This document shows positions 9,214 through 17,794 of a stretch of 64,000 nt of DNA, piece after piece. Every line of letters begins with the position of its first letter. Position 1 is the first letter of the stretch. A program made the position numbers and the translations under genes. The stretch spans positions 30,250 through 94,249 of the forward strand of contig DATKNL010000010.1 in assembly GCA_035541435.1 (NCBI GenBank), written 5' to 3'. The DNA comes from Minisyncoccota bacterium. Lineage in GTDB: Bacteria; Patescibacteriota; Minisyncoccia; UBA6257; 2-01-FULL-56-20. The notes beneath the pieces are model-generated. The model had not been told where the DNA came from, ran no database searches, and worked only from the letters and a program-made list of their open reading frames with translations.

Positions 9214-10944
9214 TCACCCCGTCCAATGGAACAGGAGGATCGAAAAATCTGTCAGATTGACCGTCCCGTCGCCGTTGAAGTCGGTTCCCGCGAAATCGGT
9301 GTTCCAATGGAAGAGCAGAATCGAAAAGTCGACGAGGTTCACCTTGCCGTCGCCGTTCACGTCGCCGATCAGACCCTTTGACGACGGATTCTTGCCGACG
9401 CCGAGATAGGCGGGGTTCGAATAGTTGCTGCTCCCGAAGCCCGCGAGCTCCGCGCGCGCCTTCACAAGGTAGGTGTCGACAGCGAATCCCTTCGTCGCGA
9501 GGTCGACGCTCCACGCACCCGCGCCGTTCGCGAGCGTCGTCGTCGTGACCGGATTCTGCGCGTTCGTCTGGCTGATGACGGCGAGCGTGACGAGCGAAAG
9601 CGGCGGCGCCGAACCCGCGATGATGACGTCCGACCCCGGCGATACCGTGCTCGTGGCGAGCGAGAGGCCGGGCGGCAGCAGGATGTTCGTCACGCTGTTC
9701 GTCGTGCCGAGCACCACCGTGAGCGTCGTCGTGTACGACGCGATCGCATCGCCCGCCGCATCCTCCTCGACGATCGTAAATGAATAGGTGCCTTGCGGAA
9801 GGGCCGGGATCGACACCGAAAAGATGCCGCCATCGCCCACCCGCGCCGTCATGATCTGTTTGCCGTCCTGCAGGATGCTGAGCGGCGTGCCCGGGACGCC
9901 GAGTCCTTTCAGGATGAGGCTCGGCTGCGGCGGCGGTGCCGGAAACGTGTCGCCGCCCCCGCCGCTCCCGCCACCCGTGCCGGGAAGCGCGACCGGACCG
10001 CCGCCCGTGCCGCCGCCCAGTCCCGTTCCCGTCGGATCGCCCGCCTTGAACTCGATCACGTAATCATTTGGATTCACGTTGCCGACGAAATCCATGCAGC
10101 GCACATAGATGTCATAGGTCGTCCCCTTCGCGAACGGTCCCATGAAGTTCGCGGTATGGAACGTACCGATCGACGTGTGCGCGAACCCGTTCGGCATCGC
10201 GTCATAGGCGACGCCCGACGACGTCGCATAACGGCACGTCGAATAGACGTCGGTGTTCACCGAGAGCAGCACGCCGTTCACGTTCGACGGGATCGTTCCC
10301 GACGGCATGCCGTTCGAAATGACCGCGGGGTTCACGCGGTCCTGGTTCACGTCGACGCCGACCGCCGGCAGGACGGCGGTCATCGCCGCGCCCTCGTCGA
10401 GCGGCGCGCCGCCGGCGTCATAGGTGTTCAAAAGGATGCGATAGGAGCCGGTCGAGCTCGGGTTCGTGATCTGGTCGATACCCTGGCCGCCGAAGGTCGC
10501 ATTCTGCCCGAGAAGGATCCGCACGTAGGAATTGGCCGGGATGCCGCCCCCCGACGAGAGCGTGACCGTCATCGGCCCCGTCGGCGCGCCGGCCGAAAAG
10601 CCGTCATGGGCCGCGTCGGGCGCCGCCGCAAGCGAACGGTCCGTGAAGTTGCCGATGGGCGACGTGGGCGATACGGCGATGTCCGCATCGCCGAAATCGA
10701 ACGAGGGATCGATCGAGAACGCATCGCCTTCGAACGTGATCACGATCGTGCCCGACGCCGGGATGCCGCTCGGGACGCCGAACACGATGCGGTGGTCCGC
10801 AACGGTCGACGGGCGCGAATCGGTCACGGTGTCGCTCACGAACGTGAGCCGCGCCGCGTGCGCGCCGTGCGCAAGCGCTAAAAAAACGGCTGCCGCAAGA
10901 CAGGTCGCCGTTACCGCGCGCGCTCGCCAGGTCGGGGTGTGCAC
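9214..10944 (-). CDS. Secreted protein with C-terminal tandem dockerin (type I) repeats
   Basis: Signal peptide MHTPTWRARAVTATCLAAAVFLALAHGAHA. C-terminus GDVNGDGKVNLVDFSILLFHWNTDFAGTDFNGDGTVNLTDFSILLFHWTG is a canonical duplicated Ca-binding dockerin segment. Gly-rich linker GGGTGGGPVALPGTGGGSGGGGD. N-terminal module VSDTVTDSRPSTVADHRIVF is shared with the gene at 12562-13680. Confidence 0.7.
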   Translation of the reverse strand: MHTPTWRARAVTATCLAAAVFLALAHGAHAARLTFVSDTVTDSRPSTVADHRIVFGVPSGIPASGTIVITFEGDAFSIDPSFDFGDADIAVSPTSPIGNFTDRSLAAAPDAAHDGFSAGAPTGPMTVTLSSGGGIPANSYVRILLGQNATFGGQGIDQITNPSSTGSYRILLNTYDAGGAPLDEGAAMTAVLPAVGVDVNQDRVNPAVISNGMPSGTIPSNVNGVLLSVNTDVYSTCRYATSSGVAYDAMPNGFAHTSIGTFHTANFMGPFAKGTTYDIYVRCMDFVGNVNPNDYVIEFKAGDPTGTGLGGGTGGGPVALPGTGGGSGGGGDTFPAPPPQPSLILKGLGVPGTPLSILQDGKQIMTARVGDGGIFSVSIPALPQGTYSFTIVEEDAAGDAIASYTTTLTVVLGTTNSVTNILLPPGLSLATSTVSPGSDVIIAGSAPPLSLVTLAVISQTNAQNPVTTTTLANGAGAWSVDLATKGFAVDTYLVKARAELAGFGSSNYSNPAYLGVGKNPSSKGLIGDVNGDGKVNLVDFSILLFHWNTDFAGTDFNGDGTVNLTDFSILLFHWTG

Positions 10945-10973
10945 GCTTTCATTTTACCACTCCTTCCGCGCCG

Positions 10974-11390
10974 TCAGGCGCCGCCGCCCGCCGCGGGTCC
11001 GCGGTCCTCATCGTGATTCGCCTCGCGCTCCGAACGTCGCCAGTCGAAATAGAAGTTGAGGCCGACGAGCAGCGCAAGGATGCCGACGATGACGATGAGA
11101 TAGCGCATGAGCGGCGACGATGCGGCCGCGCTCGAAGCCGCCGTGTCCGAGGCGAGCGCCTCCTTTTGCGCCTCGAGGTCGGCCTGCTCCATCTCGAGCT
11201 GGGTCTGCTTCGCATCGAGCTGGGCGTTCAGCGTGTTGTAGGGGTTCGGCTCGATGCCAAGCGTCACGCCGACCTGGGCGAGCATGCGTCCGGCCGTCGA
11301 CGACTCAAGCGCGCGGCTGCCGACGAAGCCGACGGCGATCAGTCCGATCGCCGCCATGCTGATGAAGACTCCGATGGCCTTGCGGAGCAT
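10974..11390 (-). CDS. Small membrane protein (two TM helices flanking a coiled-coil segment)
   Basis: 138 aa. TM1 IGVFISMAAIGLIAVGFVG, central QLDAKQTQLEMEQADLEAQKEALAS, TM2 YLIVIVGILALLVGLNFYF. 1-nt TGATG overlap with the upstream gene. Confidence 0.45.
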   Translation of the reverse strand: MLRKAIGVFISMAAIGLIAVGFVGSRALESSTAGRMLAQVGVTLGIEPNPYNTLNAQLDAKQTQLEMEQADLEAQKEALASDTAASSAAASSPLMRYLIVIVGILALLVGLNFYFDWRRSEREANHDEDRGPAAGGGA

Positions 11391-12508
11391 CAGCCAAAGA
11401 AGAAGAACAGGACGAGCAGGAAGACGATGGCGAAGATGGCGGTCGCGATAAGGATGAAGACGAGGCGCGAGAACGGCAGGCGGTCTTCGGCGAGGAACCG
11501 CTCCTCGGCCGAGGCGCCGCGGTCAGGGCGGCCCGACGTCATCGCGGCGACCCTGCGGCGCACATAGGCGCGCACGGACCAGACAAAGATGAGGACGAAG
11601 AACAGGATGCTCCCGAGGACGGCGATGATCGGGACGACCGGGATGATCCAGAACGAGACTTCGCGCGAGACCGTCTTCTGTCCCTGATCGCCGTAGGTGA
11701 GCGACATCACGGCGTCGAAACGGCCCATCATGAATCCGGTCCCCGTCCAATGCGCGGTGAAGCTGCGGTCGGTTCCCGGGAAGATCGCGGCGTTGCCGTC
11801 GTTCATGATCGCCTCGCCAACCTTCTGGCCGAACATGTTCATGATGTCGATCGGGCCGCGCGGACGAAGCAGCACGTTGCCGTCGTTGTGCGCGATCGCC
11901 GTAAACGTCACGTCGGGCGCCTGATAGAGCCCCTTGTCGGTGCTGAATTCCTGGATCTGCGCGTCTTCGGTCGCCTCGCCCGCGATGCGGAGGTCGATGA
12001 GCGATCCGACCTCATAGCCGATGCCCGTTCCCGTGAAGGCCGGCCGCTTGGCGCCGAGCGTCACGAAGATCGCGCCATAATGGCCGCCCGGAGCCGCGGT
12101 CTTCGGGACCGTGATCGTGAAGGGAACGACGGCGCTGCCGTTCGCGGGAATGGTGATGACGGGATTCGCGATCGAAACCCACGAGCTCAGGCCGTATTCG
12201 GGGACCGATGACGACGTGAAGACCGGCTGTCCGGTCGCCGTCATGTCCGATATGTTCTCGACGGTCACCGTGAACTGCTTCGCCGTCGGATCAGGGTTCG
12301 TCACCGTGATCGACGTCGAGAACGTGTCGCCCGGGTTGACGAGCTGCTCAAAAAGCGCTGGCTGGACTTTGATACCCGTTCCGACCGTCTGCGTTTGTGC
12401 GTGGGCAAGGGGGAGCGCGACCGCTGCGACGATGGCAATCGCCATCAGTCCTTTCAACGCGTTTTTCATGGTTTGCTTCATCGTATCACGAGAGTTCCCG
12501 GTCGACAA
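11390..12508 (-). CDS. Cell-surface protein, DUF916/CscA-like: signal peptide, ~250-aa domain, C-terminal TM anchor and charged tail (paralog 1 of 3)
   Basis: 372 aa. Signal ...AIAIVAAVALPLAHAQT. Motifs PGGHYGAIFV, NDGNVLLRPRGPI, TDRSFTAHWTGTG. C-terminal TM IIPVVPIIAVLGSILFFVLIFVW then basic tail. Same architecture and motifs as 13797-14912 and 14909-15949. Confidence 0.6.
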   Translation of the reverse strand: MSTGNSRDTMKQTMKNALKGLMAIAIVAAVALPLAHAQTQTVGTGIKVQPALFEQLVNPGDTFSTSITVTNPDPTAKQFTVTVENISDMTATGQPVFTSSSVPEYGLSSWVSIANPVITIPANGSAVVPFTITVPKTAAPGGHYGAIFVTLGAKRPAFTGTGIGYEVGSLIDLRIAGEATEDAQIQEFSTDKGLYQAPDVTFTAIAHNDGNVLLRPRGPIDIMNMFGQKVGEAIMNDGNAAIFPGTDRSFTAHWTGTGFMMGRFDAVMSLTYGDQGQKTVSREVSFWIIPVVPIIAVLGSILFFVLIFVWSVRAYVRRRVAAMTSGRPDRGASAEERFLAEDRLPFSRLVFILIATAIFAIVFLLVLFFFFG

Positions 12509-12561
12509 TGCACATGATCCAGCAAAAAACCCCGAGGATTCGGGGTTTTTCGGCGTCTTCC

Positions 12562-13680
12562 TTAGAAGACCGGGGTTGCGACGTAGATGAGGTTATTCGT
12601 GTAATCGTTGGCCGCAGGTTGCAGCGGGCTGATTTCGATGCGGAAGGCGACTTTCGCCGCGCCTACGTTCTGCGTCACGCCGTCAGCCGGACCGGTCCAG
12701 GCGAAGACCGTGAGCGTCGATGTCGGCTGGAAGCTGCCGGCGTAGAGCGGGGTCGACGTTCCGAAGGCCAGGGTGCCGCTTGCGTCGTCGCTCGTGATGC
12801 CGAAGTGGCCATAGGTGTTCGGGTTGTTGATCGTATTGGCCGGAGCCGCCCATGAGCTCGGAACGCTCGTCGCGTTCGCGTCGCGGAAGAGGTGGATCTT
12901 GAACCCTGTCTGGCTCGTGAGATCCTGGTCCTCATGCACCGTCACGGCGAACCCGTTCGCGGCGTTGGTCGTCACGTTCAGCTGTTGGCCAAGTTCGGCA
13001 TGGGTGTTTGGCGCGATCGTCCCGAATGGCAGCGACGTCGTCGCGGAGGCCCCGGTCGTCGTCGCCCCGTTGCCAAGCGTCGTGCTCGTCGCCAGGCCGC
13101 CGACGGTGAAGGTGAAGGTCGTCGCGACCGCCGCGGTCACGTTCACGCCGTTCACGATGGCTACGCGGGTATCGGCCGAGTTGAGCTGGGTTCCGTTGAT
13201 CCTGATGATATAGGAACCGGTACTCGTCGGATTCGTGATCTTGTTGTTGAGGACCTGCAGGGTGATCGTACCGGCGTTCACGGTGTTTCCTGCACAGACC
13301 GTAAACGTCAGCGCGTTCGTGCTGGTTGTCATGCTCACGCGGTTCGATCCCGCGCTGCAGCTGCTCACAATCGACATGCCGGTCGACGTCACATCGGCTA
13401 AGCCGACCGTTTGGACGCCGGTAAAGAGGCTGCCCGTCGGGTCGAAGGTATAAACGATGGTCTGCGTGGCGGTCGTGGAGGTCGAGTTCGTATAGACGAT
13501 CGTGTGATTCGCGGCAAAACCGGGGCGCGAATCGGACAACGTGTCGCTCACCTGGGTGAGGTTTACGGCATGCGCGACCGAAATGGCATGCAGCAGGGTC
13601 GTCCACGCGAGAATGCTGATCACCAACCCGGCGGCAACGGCGACCGTCAAATCTTTCTTGAGATACTTTTGGGAAACCAT
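12562..13680 (-). CDS. Thr-rich secreted protein, paralogous to 15949-17277, possible WxL-like surface protein
   Basis: Track ORF 12562..13731. Start chosen at ATG 13680 (MVSQKYLKKDLTVAVAAGLVISILAWTTLLHAISVAHA signal peptide); 13731 is the alternative. N-terminal VSDTLSDSRPGFAANHTIVY module shared with the dockerin protein. C-terminus ...LIYVATPVF parallels ...VVYVATPSY of the 15949 gene. Confidence 0.5.
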   Translation of the reverse strand: MVSQKYLKKDLTVAVAAGLVISILAWTTLLHAISVAHAVNLTQVSDTLSDSRPGFAANHTIVYTNSTSTTATQTIVYTFDPTGSLFTGVQTVGLADVTSTGMSIVSSCSAGSNRVSMTTSTNALTFTVCAGNTVNAGTITLQVLNNKITNPTSTGSYIIRINGTQLNSADTRVAIVNGVNVTAAVATTFTFTVGGLATSTTLGNGATTTGASATTSLPFGTIAPNTHAELGQQLNVTTNAANGFAVTVHEDQDLTSQTGFKIHLFRDANATSVPSSWAAPANTINNPNTYGHFGITSDDASGTLAFGTSTPLYAGSFQPTSTLTVFAWTGPADGVTQNVGAAKVAFRIEISPLQPAANDYTNNLIYVATPVF

Positions 13681-13796
13681 GTCTTTTGGGGAAAACGTAA
13701 GGACCTTTTTGGTTCTGTTCTTACCATTCATTATCTAAACAGATTGTAAACACCGCAAGGACCACTTATCCACAAGCCGTCAAGGGTCTTTCCCGA

Positions 13797-14912
13797 TCAC
13801 CGTCGTTTTCTCAGATCAACGACGTCGGAGGACTCCTCTTTATTATGTTTTTCATGCGGCGCGACCGCTTCCTGAGGCGACGGATGAGCCGGGGGCGGAA
13901 CGGGCGGAATGCCGGCGAGGCCGCCCCACTGCCCCATTTCCCGCATGAGGGTCCTCTTTATATAACGTCGCACGAAGATCACGAAGCAGACGATGACCGC
14001 AAGGAACCCGCCGACGTCCTCAACGACCTTCTTCCACGGCAGAACCCAGAACGTGATCGTCTGCGAAACCGTCTTCGACTGATCGCTCCCATAGGCAAGG
14101 GTGACGACCGCCGTATATTCGCCGATCCCCCACAGCGTCATCGGACCCTGCCACTCCGCGCCGAACCTTCTCGTGCTCGAAGGGAGGACGTAGCCGAGGT
14201 CGCGTCCCTGGTTGATGCTCACGCGCCCGGCTTCGTGGCCGAGCATCGTGTAGACCTCGATCTGTCCCGCGGGACGCAGGTGAACATTGCCGTCGTTCGC
14301 GAACCTGATCGTGAAGTTCACGTCGGGATCCGCATACCACGACCGGTCGGACGAGAATTCCTGGATGGCGCCCGATTCCTTCACGTCGCCCGACACGCTC
14401 ACGAAGATGAGCGCCGAGATATAGCTGCTCACGCCGACGAACGATCCGTTGCCTGACTTCGCCGCAGGCGGCGTGCCGATGAGGATCGCTGCGTAATGGC
14501 CGCCGGGCGACGCGTCCTTCGGGACGGTGACCGAAAACGGGACGTCGGCCGCCGTCCCCGGCGGGACGGTGACGGACGGCTCGCGGACCGTGATCCAGTT
14601 CGCAAGCTGATCGGTGTCGTTCGCGATGTTCGCAAGCGGCACGAACGTGCCGTGCCCCTGGTCGTCGGACGGCGCGAACCCGGCCGTGACGGCCCGCACG
14701 GTGAGACTCGACGTGTTCGTGTTCACGACCCTGATCGAACTCGACCACGAGTCGCCCGGACTCACGTTCAGCGTAAAGAACGGCGGCGTGATCGTGAGCG
14801 AAGTCGCGCCTTCGGATTGCGCGTGCGAGAGGAGCGGAGCGGCGCACGCTGCCGCCAGGGTGACGGCCGCGCACGATGCGAATATTTTTTTCACGGTCGA
14901 CGTCGTATTCAT
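13797..14912 (-). CDS. Cell-surface protein, DUF916/CscA-like (paralog 2 of 3)
   Basis: Start set at ATG 14912 (MNTTSTVKKIFASCAAVTLAAACAAPLLSHAQS signal). This gives an ATGA overlap with the stop of the upstream paralog, whereas the track's longer ORF would overlap it by 230 bp. Motifs PGGHYAAILI, NDGNVHLRPAGQIEVY, RRFGAEWQG. C-terminal TM FLAVIVCFVIFV plus a Pro-rich tail. Confidence 0.6.
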   Translation of the reverse strand: MNTTSTVKKIFASCAAVTLAAACAAPLLSHAQSEGATSLTITPPFFTLNVSPGDSWSSSIRVVNTNTSSLTVRAVTAGFAPSDDQGHGTFVPLANIANDTDQLANWITVREPSVTVPPGTAADVPFSVTVPKDASPGGHYAAILIGTPPAAKSGNGSFVGVSSYISALIFVSVSGDVKESGAIQEFSSDRSWYADPDVNFTIRFANDGNVHLRPAGQIEVYTMLGHEAGRVSINQGRDLGYVLPSSTRRFGAEWQGPMTLWGIGEYTAVVTLAYGSDQSKTVSQTITFWVLPWKKVVEDVGGFLAVIVCFVIFVRRYIKRTLMREMGQWGGLAGIPPVPPPAHPSPQEAVAPHEKHNKEESSDVVDLRKRR

Positions 14913-15949
14913 ATTCGTGTTCGTGTGCGCGATGTCCGATGCGCATAGGGAGGCCGCGGCGGTTCCGCATCGCGCGGCCCGCGAAGATCGACCACATCCC
15001 TGCGCTTCATGAGATGGGCGATCACGCTCTTCCGCCGATGGTGGCGCTTCAGATAGGACCGGTGCAGCGCGACCGCAACGATGATGACGAGCGCGAGCAG
15101 TCCCGCAAAGAGCGCGAGAAGTTTCTGCCACGGCATCACCCACACGAGCGCCGTATCCGCGAGCTGCGCATCGCGCGCGCCATAGGTCGCTTCGAGGCTC
15201 GCCTTATATTCGCCCATCCCCGAACCGCCGCCGTCCCATCGCGCGGTGAACGTCTTCGTGTCGCCCGGCGCGATCGCGACGCCCGAAGGGTTCGCGGGGA
15301 CCGATCCGAGCTCGTGCCCGATGTTGTCATAAAAGATGACCGATCCCGCGGGTGTCGTCACGACCGTGCCGTCGTTCCGGATCTGATAGCTTATGACGAC
15401 GGGAAATCCCGATGAAAAGCGCTTTTCGGGGCCGAATTGCACGAGCTGCAGGTCCTCTTTTGCATCCGAGGCAACGGTGAAGTTGACGAGCGTTTGCGGG
15501 GCTCCCGTGAGATGCTGCTCGGCTTCGTCCCTCGTGGAACCCTCGACGAAGGCGATGACCGCATGATAGTCGCCGGCGGTCGCATACGGGTTCACATTGA
15601 TCTCGACCGGCACCGTTTTCGATTCGCCCGGCGCGAAGATCATGGCCCCGCGCGTGACGCTGATCCAGTCGGCGAGCAGCGCGGGACGGTCCGATGTCGA
15701 GGGATCGGTGAACGGCTGGCTGCCGTCGGCCGTGAGCTCGTAGACCGACGCGAAGACGTTCACCTGATGATCGGTGACGTTCGTCACGGTGAGCGAATAG
15801 TCGGATATGTCGTGCGGCAATCCGTGGGCGTCGATCACCGCGGGCGTAACGGTGAGATCGGGAGCCGCATGGGCGACGGCGGCGCCCGCTCCGGGCAGGA
15901 TGCCGCTCGTCATGACCGCGACCGCGATTGCGATGAGGACGTTCTTCAT
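14909..15949 (-). CDS. Cell-surface protein, DUF916/CscA-like (paralog 3 of 3)
   Basis: Start set at ATG 15949 (MKNVLIAIAVAVMTSGILPGAGAAVAHA signal), with a 1-nt TGATG overlap with the upstream gene. Motifs AGDYHAVIAF, NDGTVVTTPAGSVIFYD, TKTFTARWDGGG. C-terminal TM LLALFAGLLALVIIVAVAL plus a basic tail. Confidence 0.6.
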   Translation of the reverse strand: MKNVLIAIAVAVMTSGILPGAGAAVAHAAPDLTVTPAVIDAHGLPHDISDYSLTVTNVTDHQVNVFASVYELTADGSQPFTDPSTSDRPALLADWISVTRGAMIFAPGESKTVPVEINVNPYATAGDYHAVIAFVEGSTRDEAEQHLTGAPQTLVNFTVASDAKEDLQLVQFGPEKRFSSGFPVVISYQIRNDGTVVTTPAGSVIFYDNIGHELGSVPANPSGVAIAPGDTKTFTARWDGGGSGMGEYKASLEATYGARDAQLADTALVWVMPWQKLLALFAGLLALVIIVAVALHRSYLKRHHRRKSVIAHLMKRRDVVDLRGPRDAEPPRPPYAHRTSRTRTRI

Positions 15950-17277
15950 CAGTATGATGGCGTCGCGACGTAGACGACATTGTCGCCATAGGAACCGTTC
16001 ACCTGGGTCGCGCCCGCCTGGATGCGATAGACGACGTCCACCGTGCTGCTCGACACCGGCACCGATCCATAGCCGATCTCGGCGGGCGTCGACGTGAGCG
16101 CCGCATAGGTGTCGTTCGCCGCGAAGCGCGTCGAGCCGCCGGCGAGCACCGGACTGCCCGGATGATAGCCGTAGCATGCGGTCGACGTCGCAAGGCATGC
16201 GCTCGTCCACGGCAGCGGGCTCACGTTCGTTCCCGCGACGCCGGGAATCGAATGCCCCTGCCCATCGGTGAGTGGCGAATCCTGATAGGCATAGATCTCA
16301 TAGCCGTTGCCTGCGTTCGTCGTGATCGAGAGCCGCTGCGCGCCCGCGACGCTCGTCGCGATGACGAGCGTTCCGAACGAGATCGAGGTCGCCGTCGTCG
16401 AGACGCCGGTCACGACGCCGTTCGTGCTCGTCCCTTGCGGGAGGCCGCTCACGCTGAACGTGAGCGCCGCGCCGGCGGTGAGCAGGCTCGGATAGGATGA
16501 CGTGGCATAGAGCGGCGCCGGCACGCCGGTGTCCGCATAGACGGGCCTGAAGAAATAGGTCGTGCCCGCGCTCGGCGCGATCCCCTGGACGGTGAATTCG
16601 AATTCCGCGGTGCTGCTCGCCGCCTGGGTGAACGTGCTCGTGCTCGTGCCCGACGTGTTGTGCGTGCCGCAGCCCGTGCCCGAGCCGGCCGCGCACGGCC
16701 CGCTCGTCGAGAGCACCGTCGACGATACGACGGCGTTGTCCGTGCCGCCCCCGGCGACCGACGCGTAGCACCACGTCGACGACGCCACGCAGCTGCCGAT
16801 GTCCGTCACGGCCGAGACGGCGGCGGAAAAATCGGAATAGGTCGAGTATTGCAGCGCGTACTTCACGTTGTCGGCGCCGACGCCGCCCGTCTCGCGGATG
16901 TCGATCCGCAGCTTGATCGCCTGGTTCGAGGCGATGTTCGACGGCGCGACGTTTTCTGCGGCAAGGGGACTCACGGGCTTCTCGTCGGCAGCGTCGCTGT
17001 ACCATCGCCATGCGTAGGACCGCGGCGCGAAGTCCGCATAGTTCTCCGGTCCCGCGTGATCAAGAAAGCTCGCGCTCGAGGCGTTCCCATTCACGAACGG
17101 CGTCGCGCCGCTCAGGACCTGGAAGTCCGTCGACGAGGACGATCCCGAAAAGAATCCGACATACGAATCCTCGACAAGAAAATGCGTGCTCGAAGCGATG
17201 TCGGCGCGCGACAGGAACGGAGCGGCAAGCGCAAGCACCGCCGCAGCTCCGAGTATGCCGAGCGTCCGCCGTGTCAT
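15949..17277 (-). CDS. Thr/Ser-rich secreted protein, paralog of 12562-13680
   Basis: 442 aa. Signal MTRRTLGILGAAAVLALAAPFLSRA. Ser/Thr/Gly/Ala-rich. C-terminal ...YRIQAGATQVNGSYGDNVVYVATPSY. Confidence 0.55.
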   Translation of the reverse strand: MTRRTLGILGAAAVLALAAPFLSRADIASSTHFLVEDSYVGFFSGSSSSTDFQVLSGATPFVNGNASSASFLDHAGPENYADFAPRSYAWRWYSDAADEKPVSPLAAENVAPSNIASNQAIKLRIDIRETGGVGADNVKYALQYSTYSDFSAAVSAVTDIGSCVASSTWCYASVAGGGTDNAVVSSTVLSTSGPCAAGSGTGCGTHNTSGTSTSTFTQAASSTAEFEFTVQGIAPSAGTTYFFRPVYADTGVPAPLYATSSYPSLLTAGAALTFSVSGLPQGTSTNGVVTGVSTTATSISFGTLVIATSVAGAQRLSITTNAGNGYEIYAYQDSPLTDGQGHSIPGVAGTNVSPLPWTSACLATSTACYGYHPGSPVLAGGSTRFAANDTYAALTSTPAEIGYGSVPVSSSTVDVVYRIQAGATQVNGSYGDNVVYVATPSY

Positions 17278-17280
17278 GGG

Positions 17281-17784
17281 CTAGTGGGAAAGGCTCTTGA
17301 TGGCCGCGACGACGGCGCTGTCAGGACGGAGCGTTTCCCAGAAGAAGATCTGTCCCATCGGGATCACCATCGCGTCCGTCGGACCGTGAATCTCGCTCCC
17401 CAGGCGCACCAGCTTGAGATTCGACTGGTCGGTTGCCCCCGAAAGGTCCTGCGCGTTGGGCGCGACCTGCAGATAATAGACGTCCGTCAGCGTGACCGTC
17501 GACGAGAACGGCACGTGAGAAAAATGCCCGAAATAGACCTGGTTGTTCGTGAGGAACACCGCCTGCCAGCTCGAGCGCGCCGCCGCATACGAGGAAAGTC
17601 CCCACGCGGCCACAGCGATCACGACGATCACGAGGAACCACTTGACGAACGTCCGCATGCCGCGGGGCCTGACGCTCCCGGGCCTCGGCGGCACATGCGG
17701 CGTCCCCGTCGGACCGGGCGCGCCATTCAGATTGAGTGTTGTGTTAGCCATGAAAATGATGATTGGGTTTGGTGTCTGGATCAA
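17281..17784 (-). CDS. Small single-pass membrane protein, hypothetical
   Basis: 167 aa. Pro/Gly-rich N-terminus, TM FLVIVVIAVAAWGLSSYAA, then a ~100-aa C-terminal domain. Start uncertain; alternatives are M at 17784 or 17751. Confidence 0.4.
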   Translation of the reverse strand: MIQTPNPIIIFMANTTLNLNGAPGPTGTPHVPPRPGSVRPRGMRTFVKWFLVIVVIAVAAWGLSSYAAARSSWQAVFLTNNQVYFGHFSHVPFSSTVTLTDVYYLQVAPNAQDLSGATDQSNLKLVRLGSEIHGPTDAMVIPMGQIFFWETLRPDSAVVAAIKSLSH

Positions 17785-17794
17785 TTCCTCGGGC

